From the NCBI GenBank assembly GCA_951406725.2, contig OX597817.1, positions 55,862,001-55,926,000 of the forward strand: 64,000 nt of DNA, read 5' to 3'. The stretch is from Octopus vulgaris (Eukaryota). The notes beneath the pieces were generated by a model. It was not told where the DNA came from. It saw only the letters and a list, made by a program, of their open reading frames with translations, and made no database searches. The position numbers and the translations under genes were made by a program. Shown piece after piece: positions 26,593 to 40,878 of the stretch (within the stretch, counting starts at the first letter, position 1; each line of letters starts with the position of its first letter).

Positions 26593-27390
26593 TTGTAGTA
26601 GAATCCCTCTGAGCTGACTATGGTGTTTAATACCTTTTTGTCTTAAGCGACATTTTCTTCTCCACAAAAAACTGTAGCGAAAAGATTTTATAGTTTCAAA
26701 TATCTCTAACATCTATTTGAAGCGGCAACATTTGTATTTGTCTATTTTCAGTGTATCACTGAATACATCTTCATTTGCCTTGGACATTCTCAGTGTTTTC
26801 TATTGGTTTTGTGTATTTCTATTGAAAGTAATGTTATGAGTATATGGTGCTTAGTAGTACTACTATTGTGCATTTATACAAGTCTTTGTGTTCTGGAAAT
26901 TTACATGTCTCCATCATTTTGTCAATAATTCACAGAGGCACCCATTATCATAGAGACTCTTCCGTCCATTCATTCTCGTTATCTCTAGGTCCATAACTTT
27001 ATGTATAATAGTTTGTCTACTTTTCTTAGATATATTGTGTTTAGTGTTGGAATTGATACACCAATGAGAAGTCTTGTATTCCTCAGATAGTGTCTGATTG
27101 AAATGTATTAATCTTCCACACTGATTAGGCACACTTGCTTCGCATTATCATTTTCTCAATCCCAGAAACATAATCATTTATACGGTTTTACCACCTCTTT
27201 TCCCTGGATATTTCATAACGTTTACATAATTTCCAGTGTATGAAAACTCTGTGTGTGGTGTGTGTACATGACCAAGTGTATGTTTGCTTGACTATGCACA
27301 TTGTATATATACATAATAAGCGTGTCTTATACATGTGTGTGTTATATGTATATTATATATATATTCTTTATTCTTTTACTTGTTTCAGTC

Positions 27391-27431
<41 letters not shown>

Positions 27432-27829
27432 AGAGAGAGAGAGAGAGTGAGAGAGATTCAGATGAATATGGTACTTGAGTTAAAGGCACCAGAATTTTGT
27501 ATATATATATACATATATATAGACATCATTTACTTCCGTTGTAGGGAAAATCAACAATATTTACTTCATCCAGTGATAGATAAATATTTAATGTATACAG
27601 TATTTAAATGAATCAAAGTTACTAATAATTTCATGCCATGGTGTCATTACAATTCGGTAGGATTACGTAACGTGCCTCGTCTCTTTAAACAATATTTTTG
27701 GCTCAGCTATTTGCACCGATCCCGAAGTATTAGGACACAAGGCACATTATATAAATCTGCCGAATTATTGTGTCTCCGTGGCATAAAACTATTGGTAGCT
27801 TTTACTTAAATACTGTATACATTAAATGA

Positions 27830-27995
27830 ATGCGCGTGGCTTAGTGCTTACTAGTATATTCGGCTCACGATCTTGCGATCGCGAGTTCGGTATCCGGAGT
27901 CACGTTCTGTCTGTGTGCAAAACACTTTGCTCCAGGTTGCTCCAGTTTGGCCAGCTTACAAAAACGGGCAGTACCTGTAATTCAAAGGGGTGCGC
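27830..27995 (+). mobile_element. SINE family D, diverged
   Basis: gcgcgtggcttagtg...gagttcgg...caaaacactttgctccaggttgctccagt. Confidence 0.6.
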
Positions 27996-28235
27996 TGTGA
28001 TATTTCCAGCAGATCAAGAAACCACTCAGCGATTTCTCGTCTGTTTACCTTATGCTTGTGGACCGAGGTAGCGATCACAAAGATGCGATGACAACGACGA
28101 GGCATTCGTTGTTTATAAAGAAAAACAATTACTTTTATTTGCATGTGCTGTATACGTGTCAGATTTCTGATGATAAGGCCTCTTTTGAGCGAGATACCGG
28201 CGTCGGTCTATGAAGTCAATCAGCAGTAGGATATC

Positions 28236-28611
28236 TCTTTACTATTTTACTCTTTTACTTGTTTCAGTCATTTGACTGCGGTCATGCTGGGGCACCGCCT
28301 TTGGACGAGCAAATCGAACCCAGCACTTATTCTTTGCAAGTCTAGTACTTATTCTATCGTTCTCTTTTTGCCGAACCGCTAAGTTACGGTGACGTAAACA
28401 CTCCAGCACCGGTTGTCAGGTGATGTTGTGGGGACAAACACAGACACACAAACACACACACACACATATATATACATGCATATACATTTATACGACAGGC
28501 TTCTTTCAGTTTCCGTCTACCAAATCTACGGACAAGGCTCTGGTCGGCCCGAGGCTATAGTAGAAGACACTTGCCCAAGGTGCCACGCAGTGGGACTGAA
28601 CCAGGGAACCT
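28236..28611 (-). mobile_element. SINE family B with internal microsatellite
   Basis: Reverse complement of 35092-35650. Confidence 0.88.
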
Positions 28612-29580
28612 GGTCCATTTTCTGTAGCATTTGGTTGTAGAATTTGTGTGGTATTTAGAAAAACGAATCATGGCAATTTAGTAGATTAGCCAAATGAATA
28701 ACAAAATTTTTTAAGGTCTGTGCGCTAGAAATCCATGAGGCTATTCTCTTTTGCTCACATTATCACATGTCACGTGGTATTTCTTTCTTTGTAAATTATT
28801 CAGAGCAGAAAAGGTAACACTGGCAACCCTTTCTCAGAGCATTTTAGATTGGTAGAGAAGAAAGGAAGTGTTTTCTTTAGTCCGAGCACTTGACCCGAAT
28901 GTTTGCAACAGAGCGATGTAAGCTCAAATCATGCAAGAATGGTTAAAGATTCGCAGGGTCCCACTCAGTCACACAATCGACCTAATTTAAATCATAAGGG
29001 TTCAGTTAAACCTAATATAGAAAAGACACATCCTTTAAGTGATGCACCGTCGCATCGAACCAGAATCTACGATATTTCTAAAGGAAATTATGCAATGCCA
29101 TACGTTCACCAAGATATGCTTCGGTTCTGCCGAAGAAAAACATATTTCCTAAACAAATAGACACTAAACACGCTGATAATGTTACATTAACCAGCTCAAT
29201 ATGCAAGTTTTAACTTCACGTCACATTATAATAGAATATTGTCCAATTAAACAGTCTCTCTTGTTGATTACAGCGCAAAACTACACACCGCTATCATACA
29301 TGTTTACTGTACACTGGTAGCCGAGGCTAGTAAAAGTTGAATTTATTTGGCAGAGACACAAAACGGCTGGAAGTAACAAGATACGAAAGATTCGCCATTG
29401 AGTCGCCGAAACAAGTTAAATGGGCAGACAGGACTATGAATGGTTATAGTGTTGCAGAATGTTCGATAATATGATCTGGGAAATACCATAGTATACAGGG
29501 AATATCACCGACAGAGCAATTCGGTCAATTTAACGATATAACAGGGAAATTCAATATCATAGTGTAATATAAATATATGT

Positions 29581-29646
<66 letters not shown>

Positions 29647-29746
29647 CGTTTGTATGTATGTAATATATATATATATATATATATATGGAGAGAGAGAGAG
29701 AGACAGAGAGAGAGAGACAGAGACAGAGAAAGAGAGAGAGAGAGAC

Positions 29747-29779
<33 letters not shown>

Positions 29780-30404
29780 CTATAAAGTGACCTGTTCAGA
29801 TGTTCAGGAAAACAATGCGAGAAAGATATAAAGTAAGCTACATAAGAGAAAACAAAACAACGCTTTACAGCGTAAATCTATATTTCGGGGCTGTTACAAC
29901 TTTTCCAGGACGTGCAGAAAAGCAGGGATGGAGGAGGTCGTTGACCATATTTGTTCAAAGGATGGTAAAGTGCGCAAACTGGTGTTGCTATAGTAACAAG
30001 CCTGCTTCATGCAGTTCTTTTCTGTTGTTTATGACAAAGCTCAATTTGTTGGTCTGAGAAGAGTACCCCTGTTGCGTTGTGTAGCCCTGGTTTTTTTTTT
30101 TTATTGAAGTGACCGTGCACATATATATACTCTTGTGAATGTGCAATTTCCTTGTGGTGCTCCCGATATAGGTACCCAACATTTACTGCAAAATAACTTG
30201 TATACAACATAGGGCCCCAAGCACATTTTGTAATCGTTGAAGGGGCAAGTGAATACTGCGCACCCCCCGATGGTATTTGTGCTGTTATTCATTGACAGAA
30301 ATTCCCCCAGGAATGGACTAGTGTGCATCATATGTATGTTGAGTCCACTCCTACGGATTGCGTTTTATAGCAGCAGTGGCCCTATCGTCGAATTTTTTAT
30401 GCGC

Positions 30405-30690
30405 CCTTTTCAAGCCTAGCCAGGCGCATGGCTCCGGTTTCCCAGTTTCTGTGGCATATGTGTTCCGCCCAGCTTGACGGGACGCCAGTCCATCGCAGCG
30501 TTATTCAGAAACAGGAAGAGTGAGAGAAAGTTGTGGCGAAAGAGTACTGCTGGAGTCGCCACCACCTCCTGCCGGAGCCTCATGGAGCTTTAGGTGTTTT
30601 CGCTCAATAAACACACACACAACGCCCGGTCTGAGAATCGAAACCGCGATCCTCCGACCTTGAGTCCGCTGCCCTAACCACTGGGCCATC
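30405..30690 (-). mobile_element. SINE family C (tail type 2)
   Basis: Same head/core as 12504-12801 but a different tail (gacgggacgccagtccatcgcag). Confidence 0.85.
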
Positions 30691-30754
30691 GTCGAAATAG
30701 GGCCGTTTAATGAAGCACATGTTAGAGTTGGGATCATGATTTACTAAACTTTGT

Positions 30755-31200
30755 GTTTTTAGATGCAGCCGTTTGGCTAAAGATGGTGGGTAGCCGTTGT
30801 CCATTACGTTGTTGAGGAAGAGTTTGGTGTTGGAAGCATCTGTCTCTTAAGCGTGAGACTTCGATTCGTACGTATGCGACTTTGGTTCTGGTGGGGCAGG
30901 GCTGACTCGTAGCGTACAAACAGATTCCTACTGGCCGCTTTCCTGTACAAGTCTGTATAGATTGGACCGTCATCTGTGATCCCTGATTTGGAGAGAGGAA
31001 AAGGGTGTTCTGGACTCTTCCAGTTATTCTGTTTCAAATTTCACATCCTTGTCGGCGTAACTAATTCTCTGGTGTGTGTCGATCGCTTCCTCTCGGGATG
31101 GAGGTGAGCAAGCATCGGGTTATCAGCAACGTATCTGGATAAAAAAAATGATGCATGAACGGCAGATGTTGAGAGCCGTGAACTCATGTTCATCCATGGA
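30755..31200 (-). pseudogene. Penelope-like RT C-terminal/thumb remnant
   Basis: Frameshifted reading SRYVAD..EEAIDTHQR..DKDVKFETE..ITDDGPIYTDLYRKAASRNLFVRYESALP..TKVAYVRIEVSRLRDRC..MDNGYPP follows the PLE motifs RYxDD, YRK, NGYP. Confidence 0.8.
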
Positions 31201-31263
31201 TGTGTGAGTGTGTGAAAGAGAGTGAGAGAGAGACAGACAGACAGACAGATAGACAGACAGACA

Positions 31264-31350
31264 GAGGAGGCGGTCGACATACACCAGAGATACTGTAACA
31301 TCAACAAGCATATAAAATTTAAAATAGAACACCCGGACAAGTCTGGAACC
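31264..31350 (+). pseudogene. Inverted short Penelope RT fragment
   Basis: EEAVDIHQRYCNINKHIKFKIEHPDKSGT, homologous to minus-strand 31007-31092. Confidence 0.75.
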
Positions 31351-31391
31351 GGCTTTTTCTATCTCACCTCCTCTCTCTCTCTTTCTCTCTG

Positions 31392-31434
<43 letters not shown>

Positions 31435-31757
31435 CACCAATTCTCTCTCTTTCACTGTCTCTCTCTACTCTCCCTCTCACTCTATCTTTATCTCTCTCTC
31501 ACCATACCCCTCTTTCTCTTTCTTACCCACCTCTCTCTCTCCTCCCCTCTCTCATCCTCCTCTCTCTCTCTTTCTCTCTCACTGTCTCTCTCTCCCTCTC
31601 CACCTCACTCTCTCTTTTTAGCCTTCTCTTATCAATTCTCTTTCTCTGTCTCTTTCTTACTCTCCGTCTCACTCTCTCTTTATCTCCCTCTTTCACCATA
31701 TCATCTATCTCTCCCTTTTTCACCATATCCTTTCTCTCTCTCTCTCTCTCTCTCTTT

Positions 31758-31930
31758 CCATATACAAAACTTAGTGGGTATGAGGTCGCTTGATCGTGAA
31801 GCGTATACTAGTGACCCTCGTCGTCCTATCCATCTCTTTAACAAAATGCCATCAAGGTCGGCCCTTACATTACAATAGCAGTGTTTCCCCTTTCCTACTT
31901 GAAATGAAAGCTCCACATCTTCAATATTCT
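31758..31930 (-). pseudogene. Tc1/mariner-superfamily transposase remnant
   Basis: FQVGKGKHCYCNVRADLDGILLKRWIGRRGSLVYASRSSDLIPTKFCIW resembles FQQDGAPPH..VR.YLD....RWIGRRG...PPRSPDLTP.DF.LW. Confidence 0.75.
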
Positions 31931-32429
31931 CTATAATGTTTGGCAGGTCGCAGTAAATTCAAGTAAATGGCACCAGTCGCAGAACTGTAAAAGAAAATCT
32001 TCCAATTATTCCTTTCGATGATAAGCGAGAGTATACTGTAACTCCTTGTTAATTACATGATGGCCCTCCCTAATTTGCATAAACTCAAGCACAATGATTA
32101 ACTGAGCCATTTAAGTTTAATGTATAACTTTATCACTCACAATTGTAGTTTCAATATTTGGTGTGGGTCTATGCTCCCACTTAAATCGGGACGTCCAAGT
32201 ATGTCCGTAAATTAAACTAGCCATTCGATAAATGGATATCGAAGAAATAAGTTCCTTACTAAAATAAGTACTTGGGCTGCTATGATCAACTAAATGCCTT
32301 GGGCGTGGTGGTTTCCAAACAAAATCGAAGCCCCATAGCTAAAACCAATAACAGAATAAAAAAGAAAGTGTTGTCAAATTACAACCTGACATCAACGTTT
32401 GCATGTAGGTTACCATCATCTTACCATTC

Positions 32430-32662
32430 TATTTCTTTACTACCCACAAGGGGCTAAACACAGAGAGGACAAACAAGGACAGACAAACGGTTTAAGTCGA
32501 TTATGTCGAGCTCAGTGCGTAACTGGTACTTAATTTATCGACCCCGAAAGGTTGAAAGGCAAAGACGACCTCGGCGCAATTTAAACTCAGAACGTAACGG
32601 CAGACGAAATACGCCTACGCATTTCGCCCGGCGTGCTAACGTCTCTGCCAGCTCGCCGCCTT
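32430..32662 (-). mobile_element. Young full-length SINE family A
   Basis: 20-bp TSD ttaccatcatcttaccattc at 32410-32429 and 32664-32683. Confidence 0.92.
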
Positions 32663-33458
32663 CTTACCATCATCTTACCATTCAATCCTGAAGCTATATA
32701 TCACTTCCCTGTATAGCTGACATGAACAATGCTGACGACTATCCAACAAATATTCGCACTTCTCTTCAGACCAGGGATATTTCTCTTCACAATCTGAACT
32801 GAAAGTAGCAGCACTAATAATGTCGCTACGAAATTTGGCAGCACCAAATCTCTGCAATTGTACAAGACATTTTATCAAACTCTTCATTCTCTCACATAAT
32901 CAAATCCGCTTTTATGACAGGCTTTTGCCAGGGGAGATGTTTTCATTCCACACATTCTCTTCTGTCCATCGCATATGCTATTTCTTTCAGGTGCTGACGT
33001 TTTTATGGTCATCAATAAAACTTAAATAGTCACTCATATTTGCTCAAATTCATCTGACAAGTCCATGGTTCTCTCTCATTCATATCTATTCTCTCAGATA
33101 AACCGCAGAATAAAAGACTTTTCAATTCCTGAGTTCTGGCTGAATAAAACATATTTCTCGTTGAATTACTTTTGTTTTATGTCTATTATCAATTTAGAAT
33201 TACAAGAAAATATCTAAATTAAAGCATAAAGACCGCATTTTCTTATGTTACAAAACTGAATTTAGCAATAGCCACAGTCTCGAAAATGTCAAACATCAAA
33301 GAACCCCGGAAAACTTCAAATTATAACTTGTATCTGTATCACAATAAGATAAATATATGCAAATGTAATTAGATACAGAAGCACCACGTAAAAACTTGCT
33401 AAATGCAAGCTAAACAACAAAATATAAAAGAAAAAATATAAGTCTAACAAAAAATACT

Positions 33459-33504
<46 letters not shown>

Positions 33505-33509
<5 letters not shown>

Positions 33510-33760
33510 TTGAAATTTATAGAAAGGAAAAGGACGAAGACAGGTGTGGGAACAACAAGCAGGTGTATTAGTTAGTTTAATGCTCGGGAAGAATGGAAGA
33601 GTCTTTGACATTTCGAGCCTACGCTCTTTGACAGGAAGGACTGAGAGGACAGGACAAACTAATGAAAAGAGAACGCCAAAAAACGAAGCGGGTGGGGGAG
33701 AAAGAAAATATGGAGGGATTAACAGTTCAACATGATGAAACGACCTGAATATATGGCAAT
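33505..33760 (-). mobile_element. PLE-type pLTR repeat with hammerhead-like motif (33601-33640)
   Basis: Reverse complement CTGTCAA-a-gagc-gtag-gctc-GAAA-tg-TC-aaag; homologous to 20040-20235. Confidence 0.6.
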
Positions 33761-35091
33761 GAAAGACGGAAGATGAAATATACAAGAATTTATTATCAAT
33801 TACGACAATTATATCGATACATGTAGCATCGATCCTTCATTGGTGGGACACTGAACAACTGGTTCAGGAGTATCCGGCGGTGCAGATATATCTCGTCGAG
33901 TGATAAATAAATGCAACTCGTTAAAATGAGTTCCGCAACGTAACTTCTCGTTTTGTAGAATGAACAGTAGCCAGACGGAGGAAATATCTTCAATTATATA
34001 GAAGATCAAATATAAAATTACAGATGGCGAAAAGAGAACACGCAATCCAGCGAGAGAAGTATGAAAGCTAACCGTTAACAGGTATGTATGTATAAGCACC
34101 CTCAGTCAAGCTGCATGGCGCGATTACACTCGCTCATACAAGCATCCGCGGAAATGCGTGCATACGAACACGTGAAGTTTGGTGCACTCTTGATCACAAA
34201 TCGAGTTAGCTGTCTACTTGGTGTGTGTAAGAAAGGAGAGGTTAAAAGTAAACTTAAGTCATCCATACGTTAAAGTAAATTAAATTATGCTAACGATTAT
34301 TCAAGGAAGAAGGTTTCCCGCCTAAGGACCCTACTGCTTCGGGGTGGGGGGGAGACTCTCGACAGAGTGGAAGAGCTCCACTCTCCCGAAGTCAGGAAGA
34401 AAAGAAAGAAAAGAAAAGAAGAAGAACGGGTTATTTCAGGTGGGAGATGATGTGCCGTCTGCATGTCCCGACGTTGTGCCACTCACGGTGGAAGAAACGA
34501 CCCCTACCATTAAAGATGATGAATTAATTATCTTTTTCTACACAGGTGGGGAGGTGGAAAAAATAGTAGAACATAAAGAGACAGTAGATATGTCCTTCAC
34601 ACGGGATCCCGAATAGCTTCTACAGATAGTTGTGGCGGTCATAGGATTTCCCTTGTGGGAAAGGCTTAAAGGATATGGGGAGGAGTGTTGCATATGGCCG
34701 GGTGGCCCTTACACGACATACATGTCTTACATGACTGTGGCATGGGAAATGACGGGATACAGGAACTCAAGCGGCAATGAAGATAATGATGGATATATTG
34801 ATGGGTATATCGATGAGTAGGAGGTGAAAAAACTTCGTTAGAGGGTTTGGAACCTCATTTTATTGTATTATTTGTAGTGGTTTATAACCTCAATTGTGTA
34901 TTTAAAAAAAACATGTTAAGTAAGAGGTTTTAGTGCCTCCTACTTGTAAGAGGTTTCAAAATCCAATCAGCGGGTGCTGGGTTTCGTCACTCATTTATTC
35001 ATTTTATTTCATATTCATTCATTAATATGTTTGTCCAGCCCGCAAAGCTATCCAATCTTTGTACTGCCTTTGTAGCAAATTTGATAAAATA

Positions 35092-35650
<559 letters not shown>

Positions 35651-35659
35651 ATATGTACA

Positions 35660-35758
<99 letters not shown>

Positions 35759-35936
35759 GTATGCACGTATGTATGTATGTATGTATGTATGTATATCTGC
35801 CTATCTCTCTATATGTATTTGTGTTCGTACATGTGTTTGTGTGCGTATGTGTGTGCCTGCGCGCGTGCGTGTGTATAGTTTTATATATGTGTGTGTGTGT
35901 CTGTGTCTGTGTGTGTGTGTACATACATACAAATAC

Positions 35937-35988
<52 letters not shown>

Positions 35989-35997
35989 TGATTGATT

Positions 35998-36029
<32 letters not shown>

Positions 36030-36030
36030 T

Positions 36031-36076
<46 letters not shown>

Positions 36077-36110
36077 TGATTGATTGATAGATAGATAGAT
36101 AGATAGATAC

Positions 36111-36199
<89 letters not shown>

Positions 36200-36660
36200 G
36201 GTATTAGAATTTAGTTGAGATGTTAAATTTCTCAACAGGATTTCTGTTCCCACGTTTTGATACTGCTACTACTACTACTACTGCTACTGCTACCGTTACT
36301 CCTGCTACTGTTGCTGCTGTTGTGGCTGATGATTTCTCTTGATGTTGTTATTCTTATGGAATTCTGTCCTTGGGCAAGTCTCGCTCTCTTCTCTTTGACT
36401 AATTATACTTCAGCTCTAATTAGGCAACTATTTATTCTCATCCAGCAGATTAGCCAAAGATATGTGAGTAATGTCGGAATTGCCTTTCAAGCGGCTTCTC
36501 ACAGAAAATTGCAGCTGTTATTTCAAATTAATTAACTCCCTTTGCAACCTCTCTAACACATGCATCTCAGATTAACCACATAAAATTACAGTATGTCTTT
36601 TTTACGCTTCTCTTTCACAATTTATGAATAAATGATATCTGCCAGGTATATAGACACACG

Positions 36661-36694
<34 letters not shown>

Positions 36695-36719
36695 CATATA
36701 TATGTGTGTGCGTGCATAC

Positions 36720-36884
<165 letters not shown>

Positions 36885-37004
36885 TGTGTGTGTATGTATA
36901 TGTATCCATTATTCAGTATAATTTGAACACCAATGTATTACTGTATCGCGTCTTTTAACCTATTCATATGCGACCTTATCTTTCTATTAATATATTATTG
37001 TATT

Positions 37005-37332
37005 AAGGCGGCGAGCTGGTAGAAACGTTAGCACGGTGGGCGAAATGCATAGCGGTATTTCGTCTGTCTTTACGTTCTGAGTTCAAATTCCGCCGAGGTC
37101 GACTTTGCCTTTCATCCTTTCGGGGTTCATAAATTAAGTACCAGTTACGCACTGGGGTCGATATAATCGACTTAATCCGTTTGTCTGCCCTTGTTTGTCC
37201 TCTCTATGTTTAGCCCCTTGTGGGAAATAAAGAAATAGGTATTTTGTCTGTCGTTAAGTTCTGAGTTCAAATTCCGCCGACGTCGACTTTGACTTTCATC
37301 CTTTCGGGGTCGATAAATTAAGTACCAGTTAC
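37005..37332 (+). mobile_element. SINE family A, full unit plus tandem partial unit
   Basis: The second unit restarts at ggtatttt/cgtctg immediately after the tail aaagaaata (37237/37238). Confidence 0.88.
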
Positions 37333-37849
37333 AGGGTAACATCGCCAACCTCAACACTTTAAGCATTCTTACAAATGTTAGAATTAGAAACAATTTCAAC
37401 GAATTCCACAGCTGACTTTCAAAAGACACACACAACTGAGGTTATATATCATCACAACTTGGTTCTCTGTACATCCTGAATAATTCATATTACAAGTACA
37501 CACAGACATACACAAACACATGCACCGGCATATTTATGCATCACCAAGCTGATCAAAAGGAATTGGAAGAACTGTTTCTCAGACATCCATCTTTTGCGCC
37601 ACACATTTATCTACGACATCCACAAAGGAAAACAATTCTCCAGCTTTCTTCGGATGAAGAAAGCAACTCAAAATCTTCAAAAACATCACAAATGAAAGAG
37701 AACCATTATGAAACAAAAATCAAGGCCTACGAAAGTCCGACTCAGAGGCTCCATATAAACAGCTCACATGACAACATAAAATTGTACATCGCTATCATTT
37801 CATCAACATCTCTAGTTCACTGTCAAGGAAAAGTAAAATTGAACTAAGC

Positions 37850-37945
37850 TGAGATACCCTTCGGTTATGACTGACAATGGTATTGCACCCAGAAAGCTAC
37901 CCTCCCAGGTACAATCCGGGCAAGGTTGTTTATGGAAGACCAGCC
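37850..37945 (-). mobile_element. Retroposon 3' tail, the same as the SINE C tail at 50450-50546
   Basis: Reverse complement ctggtcttccataaacaaccttgcccgga...ggtgcaat.cc...gtca.tcataaccgaaggg. Confidence 0.7.
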
Positions 37946-38672
37946 GTATCTGTAGAGCTTATCCCGAACGAGTAGCGCTTCTCGGTTGCACTGCTAGGCC
38001 AGGGATCTCTGGAAGTTGTCCATAGATCCTGGCCGGAAAGTCGTCCTGAACAGGCGGGTCAATATTCCTCGTCAACGCCCAGGTTTGCCCCGAGCTCGTC
38101 GTCGAACCTCCCCTCCACTAATCCCCTATAGAATTCTTTGGTTGTGTTGAAGTCGCTCAAGGTTGACCCGGGACAGTATAGTTGCTTGAGAACAACGCGA
38201 CACTCGCAGCGCCATTCGCCCTTCCTTAGCCTCTTTTTGATCCACGACTGCAGTTCAGTCATAGAGACGAGTTGCGGGAAAGCGTGCCTCACAAACGGCG
38301 ACCACACCTGTTCACCGTCGTCTACGTAGGGCCGGAGATGTCGCAGTCTCAGCGCGTGTCTGTGCATCATCAACCACGGCATGCCCAGTCCTCCTTTTAA
38401 CGGGTGTTGACAGCAAATGGATCGTCTGACCATCGAGACGCATCCTTTCCACAAGAAGCGGAAGAGAATGCGTTCTAGTTTGGTGATGGTAGGGTTGGGA
38501 CAAGGCACGACATTGAGGCGGTAGTAGATGACGGATGCGATGTACGTGTTCGCCACCTCCGCCCGACCTTTTGGGGACAGTTTCCCCTCGGCCCATTGCC
38601 AGGCGAGATTGGCCACCCTACTCGTTATCTTATTCCAGTTCTTCTCCATTTGGAGGTCCGGACCAAACCAGA
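37946..38672 (-). pseudogene. Tx1/L1-clade LINE ORF2 fragment (post-RT region)
   Basis: VWFGPDLQMEKNW..KLSPKGRAEVANTYIASVIYY..LFRFLWKG..GGLGMP..(stops)..DNFQRSLA*..ALLVRDKL, typical Tx1/L1 motifs LS..GR, FLW, GGLG. Confidence 0.88.
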
Positions 38673-38752
38673 CCAAATAGATAGATAGACAGACAGGTAG
38701 GTAGGTGGATAGATAGATTGATCGATAGATAGATAGACAGATAGATAGATAA

Positions 38753-38807
<55 letters not shown>

Positions 38808-39164
38808 GGTATGTAGGTAGGCAGGTAGGCAGGTGGGTAGATAGATCGCATGTAATTTTTATATATAGATACATCAACATGCGTATGTTTCCCTAAAGTG
38901 AAGGTGGTTCTATACCTGTATATATGAGGAGGGGTGCGGTGTGCAATACCTTCCAATGTTCAGATATTAATACAATTATCTTCATTGCTATTGCTTAAAC
39001 GGTGAGCTGTAAGAATTTTTACTGTTTTGGCCAAAACCTCTGTGGAATTTGGTGCACCTCTTAACGTGCTAATCTCAAATTTCGCCAGATCGCATTTGCT
39101 TTTTATTCTCTCGATGGGTCAGTGAAAAACAACACCATTTGAGCACTAGGGTCGATGTAATTAA

Positions 39165-39410
39165 CCCATTCATGCCAATCATCTGTTTAAACTGACCCTT
39201 AATTTATAAAGGTATAAAACAAATACTTGATGCAAATTGTGATTTGTGTATGATCTGAATCAAAAAATGAAACATGTTCTTAACGCGTATGCAGTCTGTA
39301 TCAAACGGATTTCAATGGAATTTTTTTCTGTTGTTATTTAAGTGAAAATAATTGTATCTGTGAATTTTCAGGCAATTTCATTCACTATAAAAAGTTTCGG
39401 TACTAATGGG
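39165..39410. mobile_element. piggyBac-type MITE nested in a decayed SINE A
   Basis: TTAA (39161-64) + cccattcatgcc ... ggtactaatggg + TTAA (39411-14). Confidence 0.7.
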
Positions 39411-39795
39411 TTAACTTGCCCGCTCTCCTCCAACGTGTAAGCCTTCTGTTGCCAAATCAAGAAATGTTATTATTCTTTAACCCATGGTCACTCACAGAGG
39501 AGATATTTGTTAAGAAGAATTCCAGATATGGTAATCACCTCATTTGTTCTGTCTGGGATTATATTGTTTACTATGTCCTTCACTTTTGATTTCGTGTATT
39601 TTCAGTGAGATGCCACCTCTATTTCTAGCAGACCTATCAACTCAATATGGGTTGCTATCTGCTCCCAATTTCAAGAAAAATGGTTTCCTTCAAATCGTGA
39701 TAGAGCTGATTATGTGTGTGTGTGTGTGTGTGTGTGGCAAATCGTGTGTGGATGCGTGCATATTTGAATATGTGTGTGTGAGTGCACATATATTT

Positions 39796-39885
<90 letters not shown>

Positions 39886-40348
39886 CGTGTGTGTGAATGT
39901 TTAGGTCTAGTAGTGTACGATTCATTGTGTACGAATTCAAACATCAAGACAGCATTGCATTCTGTGCGTGAGTGTCTGGGAATATACTGTGTCTGTGTGT
40001 TGGTTCTTGTGAACGGTTCTGCACCTTCATAAGTCTGTGTTTGTGTGTGTGTGTGTGTGCTTGCACGTGAACCTCTGTATGTGTTGGTGTGTCTGTGTGT
40101 TCGTGTGAACCTGAGAACGTACGGGTGTGTCTGTGTGTTCGTCTTCATAAATATTTTCACTTCGAATTCCATCTGGTGTGGTGGATTTTGCATGTATATA
40201 TATATATATATATATATACGTGAGCTGTGTATATATATACGTGATCTGTGTAACGTGTGTGTGTGTGTGTACTGTTTGTGGTCATCTTTGCTTCTCTCTC
40301 TCTCTTGTTCTCTCTCTCTCTCTCTCTCTCTCTCTTGTCTTTGCGTGT

Positions 40349-40408
<60 letters not shown>

Positions 40409-40704
40409 CAGGCGTGCATATGCGCCTAAACTGAGGGTATATGTGTAATGTAAGACTCAAATCGTGCTATCGCCGGTCTCTATGCATTTAAATGTCCTTG
40501 TGTCTGTCTGTGTGATTGTGTGCCGATCCTACTTTGTGTCTCTGCTCCCTCTGTGTATGAATGCATATGCATAAGTATAAATGTGTATACTTATATACAC
40601 ACACGCACACATACATATATATATATATATGTATGTATATATGTATGTATATATATATGTATATATATATGTATATATATATGTATATATATATATATAT
40701 ATAT

Positions 40705-40735
<31 letters not shown>

Positions 40736-40786
40736 CATACATATATACATACATATATATATATATGTATATATATATATATGTAT

Positions 40787-40878
<92 letters not shown>

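Noticed and set aside
28166-28210. ctgatgataaggcc...gagataccggcgtc as a possible hammerhead
   Set aside because: GAAA is absent and the stems cannot be assigned.
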